64,000 bases of DNA from Candidatus Cloacimonadota bacterium. Its GTDB lineage: Bacteria; Cloacimonadota; Cloacimonadia; G963667145. The stretch is from contig OY781092.1 in assembly GCA_963676615.1 (NCBI GenBank), positions 672,001 to 736,000 of the forward strand, written 5' to 3'. The translations under genes were made by a program, and so were the position numbers. Below are positions 9,491 through 16,709 of this stretch, one piece after another (positions within the stretch are counted from its first letter, which is position 1; every line of letters starts with the position of its first letter). Under the pieces are notes generated by a model. That model searched no databases and had not been told where the DNA came from. It saw only the letters and a program-made list of their open reading frames with translations.

Positions 9491-10450
9491 CTATTTTAGT
9501 AATTTTTCGATATTTTTGCGATAAGCGTTTATGTCTGCCCCAACGATAATTTGACTGATAATCTCGCCGTTTTGATTAACAAAAAAAGATGTGGGGATAC
9601 TGGAGACGCTGCTAAGAATTTGCTCGTTCAGCTGCGAATTGGGCAGCAAATTGACGAAATTGGCTCCAGATTTTGCCAAGATTTCTTGAGCAAGCTCGAT
9701 GTTGTTTTGTCCGTCAACCACAATGCCCACGATAGCAAAGTTTTTGGTCTGCTGGCTCAATTTTGCCAATTCTGGCATCTCTCTCAGGCAAGGTCCGCAG
9801 TAAGTCCCCCAGATGTTGACCATCGTCAACTTGTTTTGAGCAAAAAGCGATTTGGAATCGATTTGTTTACCGCTCAAATCTGTCGCTGTGAAATTCAGCG
9901 CACCCGAAACTTCTGGAGCGGAAGCGTTAGCGTTTTGCCCTTTCGGCTCAAAAATTTCGATCGTTTTTTCAACCTTTTCGCTTTGCGCTAAATATTTTTT
10001 GTAGCTGGCGGCGAACTCTTTTTTCACAGCCTCATCTTTTTTTGCCAAAGAAAAGTAAATTAAAAAATCGGAATTACTGCCGATTTTGGTGGCTTTTCCC
10101 CATTCTGCGTTTTGGAGAAAATTTTCTGAGAAATTTTCTTTTGGATAAACGGAGATTTTGAACAATTTATACGCTTTGTCGCAAACCTTGGCAACCGTTT
10201 CTGGAGTGATGTCGTGATTGGCTTCCAAAGTTTTTTTTTGCTTTTTGGCTGCATCTGTCAAAAAATAAAAAGCGAAATCGACGCTGTTTTCGCTTGGCGC
10301 AGGCACTACAAAAATGTTTTCGTCTTTTTCCCATTGGCTGGGAATTTCAAAGCTGAACCCCATCGGGTCGATAGGAATTTTTGTGGTGGCATAGTCGCTG
10401 CAACCAAGCAACGCGAAAGCTATAAACAAAAACGATTTAAGCAATTTCAT
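9491..10450 (-). CDS. TlpA/ResA-family redoxin lipoprotein with extra N-terminal domain
   Basis: Lipobox LLGC; NIWGTYCGPC active site; IPTSF cis-Pro motif. Confidence 0.85.
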   Translation of the reverse strand: MKLLKSFLFIAFALLGCSDYATTKIPIDPMGFSFEIPSQWEKDENIFVVPAPSENSVDFAFYFLTDAAKKQKKTLEANHDITPETVAKVCDKAYKLFKISVYPKENFSENFLQNAEWGKATKIGSNSDFLIYFSLAKKDEAVKKEFAASYKKYLAQSEKVEKTIEIFEPKGQNANASAPEVSGALNFTATDLSGKQIDSKSLFAQNKLTMVNIWGTYCGPCLREMPELAKLSQQTKNFAIVGIVVDGQNNIELAQEILAKSGANFVNLLPNSQLNEQILSSVSSIPTSFFVNQNGEIISQIIVGADINAYRKNIEKLLK

Positions 10451-10468
10451 CTCTCCTCCCTACTTTTT

Positions 10469-10789
10469 TTACATCAAACCAGGGATTTTCATCCCGCCAG
10501 TAATCGCACTCATACTCTCTTGATTTTTGTTCTCTAGCTGTGTTTTAGCATCTTTAATTGCCGAGACGATCATATCTTGCAGCATCTCCACATCGCTGGG
10601 GTCAACAGCTTCAGGGTCGATTTTGAGGCTAGTAATGTCGAAATTTCCGTTCATCGACACCTCCACCATTCCCCCGCCGCTGGTGGTCGTAATCGAAAGA
10701 TTTTTGGTCTCCTCCTGCGCTTTCAGCAGCTCTTTTTGCATTTTTTGCGCTTGCTTCAACATTTTATTCATATTTCGGTTCATCGTCAT
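10469..10789 (-). CDS. ybaB: YbaB/EbfC nucleoid-associated protein
   Basis: KQAQKMQ...SGGGMVEV...IDPE...DVEMLQDMI. Confidence 0.92.
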   Translation of the reverse strand: MTMNRNMNKMLKQAQKMQKELLKAQEETKNLSITTTSGGGMVEVSMNGNFDITSLKIDPEAVDPSDVEMLQDMIVSAIKDAKTQLENKNQESMSAITGGMKIPGLM

Positions 10790-11796
10790 TCTCCTTCTAA
10801 AATTTTTTCAAATAAATCTTTGTGTCTATCCAAATATCGCTTGGAACGCCAATCGATATACCCGCTTCGCACGGCGTCTCTCGACTCGTCTTCAAAATTT
10901 TCTGCAGGCAACTTTTTATTTCTGGTAACGCCTTTCACAACGGGATAAACAGCCAACTCTTCAGTCAAAATCTCTTGTATTTTTTCTGTCAACAAAAGGT
11001 CTATAAAATTTTGAGCGACAATTTGCTTCTGAGAATTTTTGTAAATGCCAACACCAAAAAAATCTCGTATCGACAAATCGCCCAGCAAAATCGGTTGCAG
11101 CCTCGGATAAAGCACGCTGTAACTCACGCCGCCAATCCACAGAGCCGCCTCTTTTGCCATAATCATCCGCAGCCCAAAAGCTGGCGTAGGCACCACATCT
11201 CGCACCTTATTTCTCATACTTTGCCAAAACTGTCGATGCCCATTCTGTGTAAATCTTGCCAGCGTTTTCACATAAAACATTCTGCTATAGGCAAAAAATT
11301 TCGGATTGGTAAAAATCAGCTGGTTTTTGTAAATATCTTCTTGAAATTTCCCCAAAGTTAGCGGAATATTTTTGATTTGCGTCGTGTCCGCCAAAATGCA
11401 AGCGTAGTCGCAAAAAATTGGTGTAAAATAAAAAGTTTTGTTGAGTTCAATATCTTTTTTGATATTTCGGGCGTTTTTGGGTTTATACTTTCGAAATTTT
11501 CGACTCACAATCGCTTGACGCAAAAAAGATTTGTCGATGCCGAAAGCCAAATCTAAGCTGTCTTCGCTTGCCAAAAGTTTTTCGACTCCATCGAAATAAA
11601 CAAACTCAATTTTGTGGAACAGCGTGTCTTCCAATTTTTTTTTCGCTTTTTGCGGAAACCATTCTCCGTTCAGATTTTTGGTTATTCCCACTCTCAAAAT
11701 CGGTAGCTGGCTTGATTTTTTGAGGGCTTTATTTTGCCCAGAACCGTTACAGCCAAAAATAAAGATGAGCAAAAAAAATATCGCTAGTTGTTTCAA
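10786..11796 (-). CDS. ABC transporter substrate-binding lipoprotein (thiamine/iron SBP-like)
   Basis: Start re-set to TTG overlapping the mlaE stop, giving lipobox IFGC; AQNFIDLLLT..IQ..L...YPV SBP C-terminal motif. Confidence 0.6.
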   Translation of the reverse strand: MKQLAIFFLLIFIFGCNGSGQNKALKKSSQLPILRVGITKNLNGEWFPQKAKKKLEDTLFHKIEFVYFDGVEKLLASEDSLDLAFGIDKSFLRQAIVSRKFRKYKPKNARNIKKDIELNKTFYFTPIFCDYACILADTTQIKNIPLTLGKFQEDIYKNQLIFTNPKFFAYSRMFYVKTLARFTQNGHRQFWQSMRNKVRDVVPTPAFGLRMIMAKEAALWIGGVSYSVLYPRLQPILLGDLSIRDFFGVGIYKNSQKQIVAQNFIDLLLTEKIQEILTEELAVYPVVKGVTRNKKLPAENFEDESRDAVRSGYIDWRSKRYLDRHKDLFEKILEGE

Positions 11797-12551
11797 ACAG
11801 CGCCTCCAAACATCAACGAAGCCACCACGAAATCCATAATCAAAATCGTTATGCTGGAATAAACCACCGCTGTTGTGGAGACAACGCCAACCCCCTCGGC
11901 GCCTCCCTTGGCTTTGCTGCCGACGAAACAGCCTATGCTGGTGATTGTTATGCCGAAAAAGAAAGCTTTGATTAAGCCGCCCCACAAATCAGAGGGTAAA
12001 AAATTGTTGCGCATTCCTTCAAAAAAGGTGTAAAAACTGATACTGTGCTTAAAATACGACAGAGCAAAAGCGGAAAAGATGCTCACAAAATCGGCGATAA
12101 TCGTCAAAATTGGCAGCATAATCGCCCCCGCGACAATTTTGGGCATATAGATGTAATCGACGGGGTCAATCGCCATACTCTCCAGCGCGTCCAGCTGCTC
12201 AGAGATTTTCATTGTGCCGATTTCTGCGGCGATAGAAGCTCCGATTTTTCCGCTTAGCACAAGCGCCGTTAACGCTGGCGCAAGCTCAGTCAGCGTCGTT
12301 TTTTCGATAAAAATCCCGATCATCCCTTTGGGAGCAAGCCCTGCGGTTTGATATATCGTTTGCACAGCGGTCACAAGTCCTGTGAAAGCGGAGGTTATGA
12401 CTATCAGAAAAAACGAGTCGTAACCAATCGATTTCATCTGCTTGAGGATTTGGTATTTGCGGAAAATTATTGAGCGCAAAGATTTCAAAAAATCTTTAAA
12501 AAAAAGAGAAAAATCGCCAAAGTTGTATAAAAAAGAGTAAAGTTTTTTCAT
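11793..12551 (-). CDS. mlaE: MlaE-family ABC permease
   Basis: ELAPALTAL..SGKIGASIAAEIGTMKISEQLDALESMAIDP; GGAEGVG. Confidence 0.9.
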   Translation of the reverse strand: MKKLYSFLYNFGDFSLFFKDFLKSLRSIIFRKYQILKQMKSIGYDSFFLIVITSAFTGLVTAVQTIYQTAGLAPKGMIGIFIEKTTLTELAPALTALVLSGKIGASIAAEIGTMKISEQLDALESMAIDPVDYIYMPKIVAGAIMLPILTIIADFVSIFSAFALSYFKHSISFYTFFEGMRNNFLPSDLWGGLIKAFFFGITITSIGCFVGSKAKGGAEGVGVVSTTAVVYSSITILIMDFVVASLMFGGAV

Positions 12552-12569
12552 TTCAGATTATCAAAAAAA

Positions 12570-13988
12570 CTAGTTAAAATCGTTGTTGAAACCTGGATCC
12601 ATATCGTCTAAATCCGACGGCGGCAAGCTGTTGTCAAATTCGTCAAACTGGCTGTGAATCTGGTCAAGCGTTAAAAATCTGGTCTTGTGTCCTTCAAATT
12701 TTAGCCTCTTAAAGCCGACAGAGCCGTGCCTGTTTTTGGCGACAATCACCTCGGCAGTTCCTGGATGCTTAGAATTTTCTTTGTTGTAGTAGTCGTCACG
12801 ATAGATAAACATTACCTGATCGGCGTCTTGCTCGATCGAGCCAGATTCGCGCAAATCGGAGAGTAGCGGTCTTCGATCGTCACGAGTTTCCACGCCACGA
12901 TTGAGCTGAGAAAGAGCTATAATATTGATATCCATATCTTTAGCCATAATTTTCAGCCCTCTGGAAATGTCCGAAATTTGCTGGTGGCGAGCTTCTCGAG
13001 AAAAGGAGCCCATCAGTTGCAAATAGTCAATTATAACGATGTCCAGCCCGTCCAGCTGAGCCTTTAGCCGCATAGCTTTGGACTTTATCGAGCTGATGGT
13101 GTTCGAGCCGCTATCGTCGATATACAAATCCGCCTCGGACAAAATCATCGCCGCCTGCGATATCGCCCTGAGCTTATTGGGGTTCAGACCCTTGCCTCTT
13201 GTCATACACTCCACATCAACATCGGCAGGACCCGAGAGCATCCGCATCAAAAGTTCCTCTCCGTCCATCTCCATACTGAAAATCGCTACTTTCTTACCGT
13301 CCAAAACTGCAGCGTTATGGGCAAAATTTAGCGCCAGCGAAGTCTTTCCCATTGCAGGACGAGCCGCCAAAATAATGAGCTGCCCTTTGCTAAATCCGCC
13401 AGTGAGCACATCGATGTCCCTAAAACCAGAGCTAATTCCCGAGAGCGATCCGTCGGTGTTCGCCTTCTCGTTAATCATATCGACAACGCCATCCAGATAC
13501 GACTCCGCGCTCTTCAGCCCCTCGCCTATCTTGTCGTCGGCAACCTTGAAAACCAGCGATTCCGCCTGCTCAATAATATCCTCAATCGGCTGATCGTCGG
13601 CGTAACATTTCTCCAAAATCGTGTTAGAAACATTTATCAGCTGGCGGAGCATCGACTTTTGCAAAACGATTTTCATATGATACGGCAAATTTCCGCCGCT
13701 CATCACCACATCCGACAGCTGGTTCAAAAACGCAATGCCGCCCACACTATCCAGCTTCGCCATATTTTTGAGTTTCTCGGAAATCGTGATAATGTCTACT
13801 TCTGTGTTTTCGTTAAAAAGCTCTCTAATTGCCCGAAAAATTGTGCGATGCGACTGCTTGTAAAAATCTTTTTCGCGCAACTTTTCCATAGCAATCGCCA
13901 CATTGTGGTTGTTGATCATCATCGCCGAGATGATGCCAGATTCCGCCTCCAAATTGTGCGGCAAAACTTTTAGAGAACTTTCTTCCAT
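12570..13988 (-). CDS. dnaB: Replicative DNA helicase
   Basis: PHNLEAE, AARPAMGKT, IDYLQL, LSQLNR, DLRESGSIEQDAD, KNRHG; no intein. Confidence 0.97.
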   Translation of the reverse strand: MEESSLKVLPHNLEAESGIISAMMINNHNVAIAMEKLREKDFYKQSHRTIFRAIRELFNENTEVDIITISEKLKNMAKLDSVGGIAFLNQLSDVVMSGGNLPYHMKIVLQKSMLRQLINVSNTILEKCYADDQPIEDIIEQAESLVFKVADDKIGEGLKSAESYLDGVVDMINEKANTDGSLSGISSGFRDIDVLTGGFSKGQLIILAARPAMGKTSLALNFAHNAAVLDGKKVAIFSMEMDGEELLMRMLSGPADVDVECMTRGKGLNPNKLRAISQAAMILSEADLYIDDSGSNTISSIKSKAMRLKAQLDGLDIVIIDYLQLMGSFSREARHQQISDISRGLKIMAKDMDINIIALSQLNRGVETRDDRRPLLSDLRESGSIEQDADQVMFIYRDDYYNKENSKHPGTAEVIVAKNRHGSVGFKRLKFEGHKTRFLTLDQIHSQFDEFDNSLPPSDLDDMDPGFNNDFN

Positions 13989-13992
13989 AATT

Positions 13993-14613
13993 TTATGCGT
14001 TTTCTAAAAATTTTTGCAGATTTTGCAAATCGATCCAAGCCAATTTTTTCCAAGCGTTTTTGCGCAAAAGCGCCGATGGATGGTAGGTAATAAAAGTTGG
14101 AACGCCACGAAAAGAGTGCACTTTAGTCCGCAAATCTTCCATTTTTTCGTTCAACCCCAAAAGACTTTTTGCTGGCACTTTACCCAAAAGCAGAAGCGCT
14201 TTTGGCTTAATTTGCTCCAGCTGCTCGTGCAAAAGCGGAATGCAACTTGCCACCTCTTCTGGCAACGGGTCGCGATTTTCTGGCGGACGGCATTTGACCA
14301 CATTGGAAATGAAGCTTTTTTCTCTTTCGATGCCGATAGCAGACAGCATCTTCGTCAGCAAATCTCCAGAACGCCCCACGAAAGGTCTGCCGCTGGCGTC
14401 CTCTTGTGCGCCGGGAGCCTCGCCAATTATGAAAAGATCTGCGTTAGGATCGCCTTCACCAAAAACGATATTCGTCCTCGTTTTCGCCAAAGCACAGCCC
14501 TGACAATCGCAATCTTGCGCGCTTTTTTGCTCGCTAGCAAAAAAAAACCACCTGTTCACGCCAGCCAGTTTTAGCTCTTCAAAAAGTTGGAGAAACTGCT
14601 TATTGGGACTCAA
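13993..14613 (-). CDS. Uracil-DNA glycosylase, family 4
   Basis: CxxC, GEAPG, GRPFVG, NVVKCRPPENR, TYHPS; start re-set to TTG overlapping upstream gene end. Confidence 0.9.
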   Translation of the reverse strand: MSPNKQFLQLFEELKLAGVNRWFFFASEQKSAQDCDCQGCALAKTRTNIVFGEGDPNADLFIIGEAPGAQEDASGRPFVGRSGDLLTKMLSAIGIEREKSFISNVVKCRPPENRDPLPEEVASCIPLLHEQLEQIKPKALLLLGKVPAKSLLGLNEKMEDLRTKVHSFRGVPTFITYHPSALLRKNAWKKLAWIDLQNLQKFLENA

Positions 14614-14833
14614 CAACTTCCTCGATTTCCTCTTCAACATCGTCAATCGTATATTCGGGAATATTGTTCGCCGCCACATGCTCAATCGCCTCTTGGCAAA
14701 GATGCTTCTTGAACTGCTCCTTAATAACTTTTGGCAATTTTCGCAATCTTTGAGCCTCTTTCTCCGCAGCAATCAAAAACAGATAATCTTTATTCAGATT
14801 TTCCAAAATCTGATCAACTTTTTTATTCAACAT
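14600..14833 (-). CDS. rpoZ: Probable RNA polymerase omega subunit (divergent)
   Basis: 77 aa directly downstream of gmk; YLFLIAAEKEAQRL resembles the Y-x-LV-x2-AAKRARQL omega motif; acidic tail; GAGG ribosome-binding site. Confidence 0.6.
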   Translation of the reverse strand: MLNKKVDQILENLNKDYLFLIAAEKEAQRLRKLPKVIKEQFKKHLCQEAIEHVAANNIPEYTIDDVEEEIEEVVESQ

Positions 14834-14851
14834 AAAAACCTCTTTAAATTT

Positions 14852-15451
14852 TTATTCAAAACAAATCTCTTCTAAATTTTTTAGTCTACACTCTTCGGCG
14901 TCAATTATGCAATTAACCTGCGCCACGGCTCGTTTCAGCTCATCGTTAATCACCAAATAGTCAAATTCGCTAGTTTTTTTCAACTCTTTTTTCATACTTT
15001 GCAGCCGCACGGCGATATCCTCGGGCGAATTTTGCCCCCGTTTTTTTAGCCGCTCCAGCAAAATCTCGATCGACGGAGTCATCACAAAAATAGAGAAAGA
15101 GCTCAAATCGCGATGCTCTTTTATCTGCTCCATGCCTTGCACATCAATGTCTAGCAAAATATTTTTGCCCGCTTGCAACCTCGAAAAAACATACCGCTTG
15201 TCCGTTCCATAAAAATCTGTATGAACCTTGGCATATTCCAAAAAATCTTTGTCAGCCACTTTTTGCGCAAACTCCTTGTGGCTCACAAAAAAGTAATCTT
15301 TGCCGTGAACTTCGCCTTGACGGGGCTTTCTCGTCGTGTAAGATATCGAAAATTCGACATCGTCTCGTTCCTGCAAAATCTGCTTGCAAATCGTGCTTTT
15401 GCCCGCGCCAGACGGAGCGGCAATAACAATTAGATTGCGCCTTTTCTTCAT
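14852..15451 (-). CDS. gmk: Guanylate kinase
   Basis: APSGAGKST, SYTTRKPR.GE.HGKDYFF, YGT, DIDVQG; ATGA overlap with upstream gene. Confidence 0.95.
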   Translation of the reverse strand: MKKRRNLIVIAAPSGAGKSTICKQILQERDDVEFSISYTTRKPRQGEVHGKDYFFVSHKEFAQKVADKDFLEYAKVHTDFYGTDKRYVFSRLQAGKNILLDIDVQGMEQIKEHRDLSSFSIFVMTPSIEILLERLKKRGQNSPEDIAVRLQSMKKELKKTSEFDYLVINDELKRAVAQVNCIIDAEECRLKNLEEICFE

Positions 15452-15831
15452 TCCTTGATTATCGACCAATAGTCGTCGCTCTTGTAAAAATAGTCAAATT
15501 CGCTGGGGTCGTCCACCTTATAGCGAAAAAGCCAGCCGTTCTCATACGGCGAGGTGTTAATCAGCTCTGGCTCAATATCCAAATCTTCGTTTATCCGCTC
15601 AATCACGCCGCTCACAGGAGAAATTATCGGCTTTAGACCATCGCAAGTGCCGATATATCCGCAAACTTCGCCTTTCTCAAACTCGTAACCAATTTTGGGC
15701 AGCTCAACAAATCCGATGTTGCCATATTTTGCCTGAATATACTCAGTCAGCCCCAAATAAACGACATTATCATCAAAAACCTTCAACCAATGATGATTTT
15801 CGGTGTAAAACAAATCCTCTCTAACTTCCAT
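15448..15831 (-). CDS. Glycine cleavage H-like protein lacking the lipoyl lysine
   Basis: YT..H.W, G.TEY, FVELP, SPVSG..E.N..L...PELIN.SPY..GW all GcvH-like; ESVK replaced by GTCD. Confidence 0.8.
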   Translation of the reverse strand: MEVREDLFYTENHHWLKVFDDNVVYLGLTEYIQAKYGNIGFVELPKIGYEFEKGEVCGYIGTCDGLKPIISPVSGVIERINEDLDIEPELINTSPYENGWLFRYKVDDPSEFDYFYKSDDYWSIIKE

Positions 15832-16091
15832 TTTGTAAAAAACTCCTTTACAACAAAAGCGTTTAAGGCTACAAGCTATATGCGGAATAAATCAACTAAA
15901 AAAAGCAAAACCTTACAAAAGAAGACAATTTTTTGAGACGAATTTTTGTCAAACTTTATATTGTCTTGCTTTTAAAAAAAATAGAAAACTCCCGCTTAAA
16001 ATTGCCAAATTTCGGCAAAATTCAACACAAATATTGACATATTGGGCAGTTTAGCAAACTGACTTAATTACTAAAAAAGGTTGTTAAAATT

Positions 16092-16703
16092 ATGGAAATT
16101 GCGGTAAAATTATTAGGAATTTTGGTGTTCATCCCTTTGCACGAGCTGGCTCACGGCTACACAGCCTATTTGCTGGGAGACGACACCGCCAAAAAAGCAG
16201 GTCGGTTGACCCTCAACCCCATCAAGCACATCAGCATCGTCGGCGCATTTTTGCTTTTTTATGCTGGATTTGGCTGGGCAAAACCTGTGCCAATCAATCC
16301 GCATAACTTCAAAAACATCAAACGAGATATGGCGATCACCGCCGCTGCAGGTCCGCTAATGAACTTCTTTTTGGCGTGTATTTTGGCGTTTGCCTTCAAC
16401 AAACTCAAATTTATTTTGCCCGCAAACGAAATAAACAGAACACTGATGCTGTTTTTGTATGTCGGCATTCAGCTCAATGTCGGTCTGGGAATTTTCAACC
16501 TTCTGCCACTTCCGCCACTAGATGGTAGCAAAGTTCTCGGCGGCTTTCTATCCGACATCGCTTTTGCAAAATACACTCTCAACGAAGAAAAAGGGATGAT
16601 TTTTTTGCTGATAATCTTCGGCGTGGAGTATCTCTTCAACCTCAACATTTTGCACTGGATAATCTATCCGCCTATCAAACTGGTGATGTCTATCTTGCTC
16701 TAA
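16092..16703 (+). CDS. Site-2 protease family (M50) membrane metalloprotease
   Basis: HELAHG, GRLTLNP, AGPLMN, FNLLPLPPLDG. Confidence 0.9.
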   Translation: MEIAVKLLGILVFIPLHELAHGYTAYLLGDDTAKKAGRLTLNPIKHISIVGAFLLFYAGFGWAKPVPINPHNFKNIKRDMAITAAAGPLMNFFLACILAFAFNKLKFILPANEINRTLMLFLYVGIQLNVGLGIFNLLPLPPLDGSKVLGGFLSDIAFAKYTLNEEKGMIFLLIIFGVEYLFNLNILHWIIYPPIKLVMSILL

Positions 16704-16709
16704 AAGCGA

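Noticed and set aside
15832..15950. Possible glycine riboswitch or Rex operator upstream of the gcvH-like gene
   Set aside because: No glycine aptamer core motifs; the TTGTAAA/TTTACAA palindrome has a 7-nt spacer, not the 4 nt of a Rex site.
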